The translations under genes and the position numbers were made by a program. 64,000 bases of DNA from the sequence record KJ019086.1; one strand, 5' to 3'. How positions within the stretch are numbered: the first letter of the stretch is position 1; the number at the start of each line of letters is the position of its first letter. Below the pieces are notes generated by a model, which saw nothing but the letters and a program-made list of their open reading frames with translations, had not been told where the DNA came from and did not search any database. Of this stretch, positions 18,019-29,500 are shown piece by piece.

Positions 18019-18394
18019 TACTATAAGATGCTCCTATGATATTGGAGAACTAACTGATGTAGAATGTCAGTCTAAGAATATAGATGATTGGGGAGGCACT
18101 ATGTCTTTCTATTGGGTAGATCCTAATGGGAGGTTGTGGTCTCCCAGTTATGCTGGAACCTATGACTTTGTTCCTGAAGAGGGACCCTTCCCTGAGCTCG
18201 GAAAGGGGAAGCTTAGTCATGTACAATATTTGGGTACTACACCTAATGGAACTCATGGGAAGTATCAGTTCGTATCTATGACAAGATGTATAGAGATATA
18301 TGATACAAAAACACATGCAGATGGGTATGTAGAGTTTGTGACATGTTATTTGTCATTCTACCAAGGACTACTGAGAGATTACTTTTATAAATAA
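18005..18394 (+). CDS. hypothetical protein (129 aa)
   Basis: ORF track; MGMFDTIRC...QSK...YWVDPNGRLW pattern. Confidence 0.7.
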   Translation: MGMFDTIRCSYDIGELTDVECQSKNIDDWGGTMSFYWVDPNGRLWSPSYAGTYDFVPEEGPFPELGKGKLSHVQYLGTTPNGTHGKYQFVSMTRCIEIYDTKTHADGYVEFVTCYLSFYQGLLRDYFYK

Positions 18395-18419
18395 GTCCAT
18401 ATAGAGTTGTTTTTAACCA

Positions 18420-19910
18420 ATGGATCTCCAATCATATATCCAACTTAAAGAGGCGTATACCAACGTCCACTCCCCAAAGGTAGAAGTCACTACAGAGGAA
18501 GTTGATGCTTTCATTGATGCCTTATTGGAAGAAGGATACGATCTAAGTGAGTTTACTTGGGAAGAAGTCCGTGATGCTTACCTAGAAGAGGGTATTGCTA
18601 ATAATCCTCGTTATGGAGTTATTGGTCAAGGTGCAAGACTTCTTCAGAAAGGTTTTGGTAACAAACAACAGGGAGATGCTGCTAGGGATTATGAGACATC
18701 TGTAAATAATATTAATAGTCGTAGAAATCAAAATTCTAGTACATCAACTGCAACTGCTAACGAGATTGCAGCAGAAACCAAAGGTAGGAAAGCTCAGACA
18801 GGTGGTGGATCTAGTTCTAGTGGATCAGGTGGATCAGGTGGATCAGGTGGATCAAGTCTCTCTGATTCTGTTGCTAGAAAACAGAAAGAGGCTGATGCCA
18901 AACGCGCAAGACAAAGGGAGACTGGTGGAACTGGAGCCACCGACAATAAGCCCGCTGGTGGTTCTGGCGGTTCTGGCGGTTCTGGTGGCTCCGGTGGCTC
19001 CGGTGGCTCTGGTGGATCCGGTGGCGGCAGTAATAGACCAGTAGCAAAGGCTAAGCCAGTACAGACAGCACAACAGAAGGCAGACTCTTCTACTAACGCA
19101 CAGTATGACAAGTTGAGGAAGTCTGATCCAGCTGCCGCTAAGAAGTTTGGTATGGCTGCATCACAGAAGAAGTTTGGTAATCAACTAAAGCCAAAGACTC
19201 CAAATCCATTGATGAGGGGTATGAATACTGCTTCTACTAAGCCAGCAACTACTCCCAAACCAGCAACTACTCCTAAGCCAACAACTCCAGTAGCAGACTC
19301 ATCTCCTGTTAGGGCAATGAGTAAGACTACCCCCACACCAGCTGCCTCCAAGCCAAAGGCAACACCTATCAAGTCAAGTCGCCTAAACAAGGCACTATCC
19401 AGTGTTGGTGAAGCAGTGGAATTTGATTCCTTTGATATCATCCTAGAATACCTAGTTGATTCTGGTTTCCCACAACAGGAAGCTCTCGTCATCATGGCGG
19501 AAATGCCTGAAGAGAAACGCGAAGAGATTCTCGAAGCTATGAAGCATCGTGACGCCAAGACTGGTGAAGTCACAGACAAGCCTGAAATTGGCAAGACATA
19601 CTACCCCCATGGTGAGCGTCAGAAGTCTTCTGTAGCTCTTCGCAAAGAGAAGGAGAGGGCAGATGCTAAAAAGAAATCAGTGAAGGAGGATAGAGCTTCC
19701 CTCGCAGATGCCTATCGGGCAGTTTATTCTGAGGAAGCTTCCGATACTAAAAAGGATAAGCACCTAGAGCGTGGTGGTCACTCTGCTAAGACTGACTATA
19801 GTAAGCCACCTTCTACTGGTAACACCTTCGGTAAGAAGCCATCTATGAGTGAGGAAGATCGTAGTGAGGCTATGGCTAAGATTGTGGCTAGAATGAAAGG
19901 TAAGAAATAA
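18420..19910 (+). CDS. low-complexity late (probably virion) protein (496 aa)
   Basis: TATAAATA at 18386-18393; (GGS)n tracts, PATTPK repeats, EEGYDLSEFTWEE and FDIILEYLVDSG helical motifs. Confidence 0.75.
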   Translation: MDLQSYIQLKEAYTNVHSPKVEVTTEEVDAFIDALLEEGYDLSEFTWEEVRDAYLEEGIANNPRYGVIGQGARLLQKGFGNKQQGDAARDYETSVNNINSRRNQNSSTSTATANEIAAETKGRKAQTGGGSSSSGSGGSGGSGGSSLSDSVARKQKEADAKRARQRETGGTGATDNKPAGGSGGSGGSGGSGGSGGSGGSGGGSNRPVAKAKPVQTAQQKADSSTNAQYDKLRKSDPAAAKKFGMAASQKKFGNQLKPKTPNPLMRGMNTASTKPATTPKPATTPKPTTPVADSSPVRAMSKTTPTPAASKPKATPIKSSRLNKALSSVGEAVEFDSFDIILEYLVDSGFPQQEALVIMAEMPEEKREEILEAMKHRDAKTGEVTDKPEIGKTYYPHGERQKSSVALRKEKERADAKKKSVKEDRASLADAYRAVYSEEASDTKKDKHLERGGHSAKTDYSKPPSTGNTFGKKPSMSEEDRSEAMAKIVARMKGKK

Positions 19911-19988
19911 TAGTGTTATAATAACCCCATAGGTCCATTCCCATGGGGTTTTTTGTTATGAATACATAAAACTAGATGGACTTACTCC

Positions 19989-20363
19989 ATGAATACATAT
20001 GGTTCTCCCGAAGGTTATCTCTTTAACCTTCATACCTGCTCAGCATCAGAAGCGAAGCGAATGTGGAAAGAATCTATAAAGAATGATTGGAAACATAAAT
20101 GTGCTTATTGTGGATCGGAACATGAAATTACTTTAGATCATATAGTACCCAAAGCGAAAGGGGGTACTAGTCATACAACCAATGTCGTAGCTTGTTGTCG
20201 TTCTTGTAACGGGAGTAAGGCATATGAGGATTGGATTATCTGGTATATTCAACAGCCATTCTTCACTGAAGAGAGGAGGGAGGCTATTGAAAAGTGGATG
20301 GAGAAGGGCCTCCTCAACAATAACTTAGTTGCATATCCACCCAGAAGAAATGTCGTTTATTGA
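19989..20363 (+). CDS. HNH endonuclease
   Basis: CAYCG...LDHIVPKAKGG...NVVACCRSCNGSK. Confidence 0.9.
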   Translation: MNTYGSPEGYLFNLHTCSASEAKRMWKESIKNDWKHKCAYCGSEHEITLDHIVPKAKGGTSHTTNVVACCRSCNGSKAYEDWIIWYIQQPFFTEERREAIEKWMEKGLLNNNLVAYPPRRNVVY

Positions 20364-20369
20364 GTCTTT

Positions 20370-20498
20370 ATGGATTCCTATCACCCGTCTAGGGCAGATC
20401 AAGAACTAGAACTAGAACAGCAAGAACTAAAAACAATCATAGGAGGATCTATACTATCCTTCTTCACTGTACTTATACCTTTTATTATACTTCTCTAA
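20370..20498 (+). CDS. small membrane protein (42 aa)
   Basis: Hand translation MDSYHPSRADQELELEQQELKTIIGGSILSFFTVLIPFIILL. Confidence 0.45.
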   Translation: MDSYHPSRADQELELEQQELKTIIGGSILSFFTVLIPFIILL

Positions 20499-20517
20499 AA
20501 CCTTTCAGTTCAGGCGA

Positions 20518-20525
20518 TATAAATA
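20518..20525 (+). promoter_or_regulatory. T4-type late promoter for the giant structural gene
   Basis: Exact TATAAATA. Confidence 0.75.
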
Positions 20526-20579
20526 AACCTAAGAAGAGTATATGCGTTCTTCGTCGGATAGCCTGAATCGACAAAAGAG

Positions 20580-23500
20580 ATGATCTCAACAGCGACTAAG
20601 ATTAAATTTAAAAGGTCTGGTGTAGCCGGACGTAGACCCTCCTTAGCTGATCTTCAGTTAGGTGAATTGGGGATCAATTATAACGATGGTAAACTATTTT
20701 TCCGACAGGAAAATGAAGTAGTTGGCTCTCGTATCATTGAACCTGGACAGGGTGATGTAATCGGTAAGACTATTTTCGTATCCACAAAGGGTAACGATAA
20801 CAATAGTGGTCTTAACGAAAGAGATGCCAAGAGAACTGTTAAAGCGGCCGCCGCAGTAGCAGAACCTGGTGACTCCATCAAACTGTATCCAGGTCAGTAC
20901 ATCGAAGATAACCCTATCGTATTTAAGGATAGGGTATCTGTAGAGGGTATGGAGCTTCGTAACGTTCTCGTTACTCCAGCCAACCCCAGTAAAGACTTGT
21001 ATCAAGTTGGTGAGGCGTTCCACGCTACCAACCATTCCTTTGTGTCCAATAGGGATTCAACAGATGGTGCCTCTATTATCACCTATCGTCCTCTAGAGGG
21101 AACTGCGTCTGACAGGTATTTTGACGCGGCTAGACTCATCAGGGACAATCTTAGCTTCATTGCTAACGAGACAGTAGGTTTCCTAACCAGTGGATATTCA
21201 GGCTTTGCCGCTGGTCAGAGATCACAGGACGCTGCTCGTGCTCTAGAACTAAACAAGAACTTCATAGTAGAAGAAGCATTTCAATATATCAACTCTCCTG
21301 ATTATACAGGAGCCACATACTTCAACCCAGACCCAGCACAGTGTAAGAGAGACCTAGGAAATATCATTGATGGTTGGAGATATGATCTCATCTCTGATGG
21401 TAACACCAGATCTACTGGTCTTGGTCTAACCTACTACGCACCTATTCCCTTTGTGAATAGTGCTAATGTTGCTGACCTTGTATACAACAGAAATAACGGT
21501 GATGTTCTAATTGAAACCGACGTAGATACACAGGTTTCAGTTGGTGAGAAGATCAAACTACAGGATATCAGACTAGAGTGTGGTTCCTACAATAACGACT
21601 TCTTTATCACTGGTTTCAAGTATGATAACACCAGTGGTATTGGAACAGTTAATCTACCCTTTATCCATAACGTCAAGGTTGGAGACCTTGTTAAGTTTGA
21701 TGGTTTAGAGTTTGATTGTCCTGCCTATGGTGCCATTGAGTATGGTATCCAGGACTTCAAGTATAATGAAACTACTGGTGGAAGTGTTGTCACACTCACC
21801 AGAGATCACGATCTAAAGATTGGTGACACCATTGAACTAAGAGATCTTCAGTTCGATTGTCCCGCCTATGGTGGTGACTTCACTAATATCATCAACCTAG
21901 AATACAATAAGACCAGTGGTCAGGGTGTTATCACCTATGACAAACCCGCTGATCTCAAGTCTGGTGACGTTGTTATCCTCTATGACCTCACACTAACTTG
22001 TGATGCTTATGGTAACGCTATCTCAGTTACTGATTTCTCTTATGATAACTTCACTGGTATCACTGAAGTAGAAGTAAATAGACCCCACAACCTCCGTCCC
22101 GGAGACCTAATCAAACTAGAGAACCTTAAGTTCTCTTGTGATTCCTACCTTAATGAAACATACAAGGTCTCTAACTTTGTATATAATGAGAGCACTGGTG
22201 ATAGTGTCCTCACCCTAACTGAACCACATAGTTTAGTTGCTGGTAAGAACGTCAGACTTGCTGACCTAGTTTTCTCCTGTAACTCCTATGTTCCAACCGC
22301 TAAAGCAATCTCTGATTTCCAGTATGATGAAGTAGTTGGTATCTCTACTATTACTCTAGCATCTCCACACAACTTATCAGTTGGTGAGCAGTTCAGACTA
22401 GAGGATTTAGTATTCTCCTGTAACTCATATTCCTTCACTGATATTCCTATCATTGATGCACCATATGATAATGTAACTGGTTATGTAACCCTATCGTTCT
22501 CTGGTGACCACGGACAACAGGTTGGTGAGAGAGTAAGACTCAGAGATATTGAGTACTCCTGCCCTGGTGGTTCAGGTATCACTACAACCTTGTTCCCCGA
22601 TGGAACCTTTGGTTATGAGTTTGAAATCCTAAGTGTTCCAAACACTAAGAAGATGATTCTTAATGTTGGCACCTCCACTATTGAACACTCCTATGTGAGT
22701 GGTGGTACTGCTACCGTTGGTATTACAACTACTATCTTCCCTGATGGAACACAAGGTTTCGACTTCAATGTATCCAGTGTTAATAGTTCCACTGTTATCG
22801 AAGCAAGTGTTGGTATTTCTACCATCGCTCACAACTATGTTTCTGGTGGATCATTATTCGTTGGTTTCACTACCACAGTATTCCCCGATGGAACACAAGG
22901 TGATACCTTCAGAGTTAATTCTATTCCTTCTAGCACTCAAATCAGTGTTAATGTTGGTGTATCTTCTATCGCCCATACTTTCGTATCCGGTGGTACAGCA
23001 ACTGACCTAGACTCTTTCATCCCTGTATCTGGTTTCACCTACAATGAAGGTGACGGAACTGGACTAGTATCCCTAGACAAGGCACACAACCTAGTGGTTG
23101 GTGACTCTTTTGTTCTAGAGGATCTTAAGTTCAACTGTAACTCCTACAGAACAGGTGGTACTTCTACTATTGATATCACTAACTTTGAGTATGATAAGGT
23201 AACCGGACTATCTACAGTCACACTATCTTCTTCACACAACCTACATGTTAATGATACCGTAGCACTATATGATATCAAGTTCTCTTGTCCTGGTGGTTCA
23301 GGTATTACAACTAATATCTTCCCCGATGGAACCAGAGACAACTTCTATGATGTAGTTGCTGACCTAAACCCCAACCAGATTATTGTTCGTGTTGGTAAGT
23401 CTGACATTACTCACACATACGCTAGTGGTGGTAGTCTATCCGTTGGTATCACTACTAACATCTTCCCTGATGGAACTAGACCTTCTGGTGACTTCTTCCA

Positions 23501-26500
23501 GGTCATCTCTGTCCCTTCTACCAAGTCTGTTCTAACTCAGGTTGGTCTATCCTCTATCGCCCACTCATACGCAAGTGGTGGTAAGTTCTACACTGGTATC
23601 ACTACTAATGTATTCCCACAGGTATTCACTGACCCCAACATCAAGGTAACCAACGCTGTATATGATGAAGTATCTGGTGTTATCACCATTACTACTAACA
23701 AGGCACACGGACTCACTGCTACGGCACCTGTTCTACTACAAGACCTAAACTTCTCTTGCCTCTCTGGTGGTGTAGGAAACACCCCAGGCAACCTTGTGTT
23801 CCCCAGGAACCAGGAAGTTTATGATGTTGTGTCCGTTCTATCTACTACACAATATACGATCAATGTAGGTCCTTCTGACTTCGCTCACGCATATGTTGAT
23901 GGTGGTACTTCTACCACACAGAACATCACTAAGGCATCCTACAACAAAGGAACTGGTGATCTAACAGTAACCCTAGACAAGCAACACGGTTATTCAGTTG
24001 GTGATCGTGCTAGTGTGGTTGATCTCCTCTTCTCCTGTCAGTCTGGTGGTCCTAACAACCAACCTGGAACACTTCTATTCCCTCGTCCTACTGATGAGTA
24101 TGAAGTTCTATCCGCAAGTGGTAAGACACTCACAGTTAATGTTGGAGCGTTCCCATCACTAGTTCATACCTATAAGAATGGTGGATCACTAACCTATAGT
24201 TCTACTGTACTTCCTGTAAGTAACGCAGTTTATGATCAATCAACTGGAGTTCTAACACTTACCACATCAATTGCACTAGGGGCACCTGTTGGTTCTACCA
24301 TTAAGATGCAGGGTCTAAACTTCTCCTGTGCCTCTGGTGGTCCTGGTAATGACGCTGGTGCTATTGTATTCCCAAGACTAGACACCCCTACCTTCAAGGT
24401 GAAGGAAGTCAAGAGTGGTGTATCCTATGTTATCAATGTAGGAACCTCCACACTCTCACACACCTATACTTCTGGTGGTTTCTCATCACTCAAGAAGTTG
24501 AAGAACGACCCCAATATTTTCAAAGTTATCGACACCCCAACACCTAGTAAGGTTATTACTAATGTCGGTGTATCCTCTATCGCCCATGACTATGTGAGTG
24601 GTGGTAATATGTTCGTGGGTATCACCACTAATGTATTCCCTGATGGAACTCGCCCTGATGGAAGTAGGTTCGAAGTTATCTCCGCCCTATCACCCAACCA
24701 GGCACTCATCAACATCGGTGTTTCTACTATCACCCACAACTACGATAGTGGTGGTAGGATGCAGTATGGCACTACCAATGAGAGACCTGTTCTAGACTTC
24801 CTATATGATGGTCAGACTGGTATTTCCACTGTAACCATCAGAGGAACCCATGGTTTGTCACAGGGTGACCTAGTGAAACTCAAAGGTCTTGAGTTCTCTT
24901 GCACCAACTCACCTGGTATTACAACTACTATCTTCCCAGATGGAACTGCCGCTGGTCTCAATATCTACAAGGTTACTGAGATTATTAGTAACAGTACCTT
25001 CAAGACAAATGTAGGTAGAGTTGGATTCGATCATACTTACATCCAAGGTGGTTCCGCTTTCGTTGGTATCACTACTAACATCTTCCCAGATGGAACACAA
25101 GGTTACAACTATACAGTTGCCGCCATTCCTAATAAGAATCAGGTAACAGTTGATGTGGGTATCTCCAGTATCCAACATGATTATATTCGTGGTGGATCAC
25201 TATTCTCTGGTAAGACTAACGAGAGAGATATTGCAGACTTCAAGTATGATCACATCTCTGGTGATGCGGTTCTTACCTTCAGAAAGGCACAGAACTTATT
25301 CACACAAGATCTAGTAAAACTTAAGAACCTTCAGTTTGATTGTCCAAACTCTACTGGTATCACTACTACTCTCTTCCCAGACGGAACCAGAAGTAACCTC
25401 TTCCTAATCAAGGAGAGACTAAACCCAACACAGTTCAAACTCAATGTTGGCACTTCACCATTCGGTCATGACTATGTGAGAGGAACAGGTCAGGCATTCG
25501 TTGGTATCACTACTAACATCTTCCCTGATACCAAGACACAACCAAGTAAGTTATTCAAGGTTGTTGATGTTCCAACTCCTACTACTATCTCCGCCAAGAT
25601 TGGTGTATCCACTATCTCCCACTCATATGTTAAGGGTGGTAAGGTATTCGTTGGTATTAACACTGATATCTTCCCTGGAGATGAGCAAGTATCACCACTA
25701 GGTGACACATATACAGTTCAGAGTATCACTAAAGATGGTGAGTTGGTTATCAATGTTGGACTATCTTCTATCAGTCACTCCTATGGTGGCGGTGGTAAGG
25801 TTCTATATGGACAGAGTTCTGGTAACAACCTACAACATATCACTGGTCCTGGTGTCCTAGATGCAACCATCGCCGCTGTGGACTTCGAGAAACAGGTAGC
25901 AATCAACGCACTAAACAACAGACCTTGGGGTTCATTCGTTCCTGAAGAGACTGCTGTTGTGGAGGCGTTCGCCTATGATAACCAGACTGGTTTCGGAACA
26001 GTAACTGCTAGAGGAATCAACGTCAACACTGGTGACACCATCAGAATGAGTGACATTCAGTTTGTTTGTTCTGAGGAATACGCAGGTGTAACCACTACCT
26101 TCTTCCCTGATAATACTAGACCAGAGGGTCAGTACTTTAGAGTAGAAAGAAGAATCAACATCGATGAGTTTGAAGTTAATATTGGTGTTTCTACTATCAA
26201 ACACGTATTCAACTACGAAACAGGTGGTAACGTATATCGTTACAGACAGTCTATTCTAGATGTTAACTACGATAGATCCAGTGGTATCACTAGTATCCGA
26301 GCAACCAAGCATGGTTACAAGGCGAAAGATATCGTGGAACTAGGTGATATCGAGTTCGATTGTCCCGTATTCAAACCTCAATATGATATTGAGAACTTTG
26401 TTTATGATAACACAACTGGTCTATCCACAGTTACTACTACTGTAGATAACACTATCAAGGTAGGTGACAATGTAAAACTAGCAGACATCAAACTAGAGTG

Positions 26501-29500
26501 TCCTCCATATGGTAACCAGAGAGTTATTGATAACTTTGTTTATGATAACAAGAGTGGTCTTTCCACCATATCACTAACAGCAGCACACGGACTCAACCTA
26601 AGACCTAGACCTTCTGTTTCTATCTCTACCGCCCTCTATGATAACCAGACTGGTATCCTAACCGTTACCACCAATGCTGACATCAACTTCACCGATAGAA
26701 GTGGTCAGGGTGTTCAACTCAGTGGTCTAAGGTTCTCCTGTGACTCCGCTGGTTTCCCTGGAACTCTCACCTATCCTGAAGAGAATCTAGTTTATGATAT
26801 CCTAGAGATTCAGTCTCCTAGTAAGTTTAAGATTAATGTTGGTCTCTCCACTATCGCTCACGAGTATGTGAATGGTGGTGCCGCTACTAAGGTTGATAGA
26901 TTCGATGTGAAACTACAGGGTATCAAGTTTGATTGTCCCGCCTATGGAAACACAATCGATGTTACTAACTTCCTATACGATCAGAGAAGTGGTAACTCAC
27001 TAGTTACCGTAGATAAGGCACACAAACTATCTGTTGGTGATAACATCAAACTAGCGGATCTCAAGTTCCAATGTGCTCCATATGGTAACGATTACAATGT
27101 TCTAAACGCAGATTACGACAACACAACTGGTATTATTACAGTAACCACTAACCAAAACATCAACGGTGTTGGTGTTGGTGATACTATTCGCCTCTCCAGA
27201 CTACAGTTTGATTGTGTAGGTAGTGGTCCTGAGTATAATATCACTAACGTATTCTTCAATACTGGTAACAGATCAGTTATTCTCACAGTTCCTGAAAGAC
27301 CAATTGGTCTAAACCCAGGTGATGACATTAAACTAACCAATATGTCATACCTAGAAGGTGGTAGTGGTAATGTAGTTGCGTATCCAGACGGAAGAGATTC
27401 GAGTCTAAACATCTTCCGTATCAATGATGTTCAACCTAACTCCATTCTCCCTGGATACTTCGATGTAACCACAGCGTTCCCCAATGTTAAGGATCCTTTC
27501 GCGATCTTCAACAATACTGGTAGACTAACCACTGGTATTACTACTAACATCTACCCTGAGAATGTAGGTGCTGAAGGTGGTTTCTATGAAGTTATCCGCC
27601 TAAGACAAGATAACCAGTTTGAGATTCAGGTAGGAACCTCTACTATCACTCACAACTATGTGAGACAAGGACAGATGTTTACTGGTGTAACCACCAACTT
27701 CTTCCCTGGTAACCTACAGAACTCACCTAGAGGAAACATCTTTGAGATTGTGGAAGTTCCCACAGCAACACAGGTGAGAATCAATGTAGGTGTATCTTCT
27801 ATCTCTCATAGTTATGATAGTGGTGGTCAGATGTTTGTTGGTATTACTACTAACATCTTCCCTGATGGAACCAGAGGTAACCTATTCCCAGTTGTTGGAG
27901 TGGCAAATACTCTCACCCTAAGAATCGACGCTGGTGTATCCAGTATTCCTCACAACTATGTTTCTGGTGGAGAACTATTCGTAGGTATTACAACTAATAT
28001 CTTCCCTGGTAACTCACAGAACTCACCAAGAGGTAGTATCTTCAAGGTTCTATCTAAGGATAACGAGTGTGGTGCTGATAGATTCACTATCAATGTTGGT
28101 GTATCTTCCATCACTCACGGTTATGTTGAGGGTGGAACAGTCACCACTGGTGTTACAACTAACAAGTTCCCTGATGGAACACACGGATTCAAGTTCCCTG
28201 TTATCGATGTTCTAGATGACAACTACTTCACCGTGAATGTTGGTACTTCTACTATCACTCACAACTATATCTCTGGTGGTTTCACTAGAAGACTTGAAGT
28301 TCCTATCAATAGTTTCGTATATGATAGAGTTTCTGGTCTATCCACAGTGGGTATCCAAAGTCACAGAATGAATATCGGTGACCTTGTGAAACTTCGTGAT
28401 GTGAAGTTCAACTGTGATCCATATGGTGGAGAAAAGACTATCTCTGGTGTTGTTTATGATAATACCTCTGGTAGAATGACCGTCAACACCACTGGTTCCC
28501 ATAGTCTAAACATCAATGATGTTGTGAAACTCTCCAATATTCAGTTGGATTGTTCCCCATATGGTAACGAGAGAACTATTACCGCCGCCACCTACAACAG
28601 AAACAATGGAAACCTAAGTGTTCAGGTATCTGAACCTCACAACCTCAAGATTAGTGAGAATGTGAAACTTAAAGGTTTAGAGTTCTCCTGTTCCTCAGAA
28701 CACGCAGGTGTGACAACAACAATCTTCCCAGATTCAACCGCACCTTCTCTAAACATCTACGCCATCCAGAGTATCACCAACTCCACAACCTTCATGGTTA
28801 ATGTTGGAACCTCTACTATCAGTCACAACTATGTTTCTGGTGGTTCCGCTTTCGTAGGTATCACAACTAACATCTTCCCAGGTGATAGCCAGAACTCCCC
28901 CAGAGGTTCTTTCCTCAGTGTGGTAGATATCCCAGCATCAGACGCCTTCGTGGTGAATGTAGGGGTTTCTACTATCTCTCACGGGTATGTTAGAGGTGGA
29001 TTGGTTCAGACAGGTATTACAACTGATGTATTCCCTGATGGAACACAGAGTGATTTCTTCAAGATTGAAGATGTCCCTAGTAATAATACAGTTGTAATCA
29101 ACGCAGGTATCTCTTCTATCATCCATAGATACAACTCTGGTGGTTTCGCCGCCAAGTATGTTACCTATCAGTCCAATAACTCACAACTACTTGATAGTTC
29201 TGTTATTAGAGTGAGTGGTGATTGTATGGCAGTTGGTGAGAGAGTTGAAGAACTCGCAGGTATTGTTACCTCCATCATCAAGAATGGTCCTTCAATCGCA
29301 CCTGGTGGTATTCCAGTAGATGTGGTAAGTGCATCCTACGACCAGTCTGGTGGAGCACTATCAGTCACAGTCAAAGACGCAATTGACCTCACACCAACTA
29401 ACATAGTTAGAATCGAAGGTCTTATCTTCGAGTGTGAGTCCTCTGGTGTAACAAACACTCGTGTATATCCTGACAATAAGGTATTCAACTATGAGGTTCT

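Noticed and set aside
18794-19111. Minus-strand PPEPPE/PPDPPD repeat ORF and short DNA repeats as a possible CRISPR or separate gene
   Set aside because: It is the antisense reading of the (GGS)n tract; there are no unique spacers.
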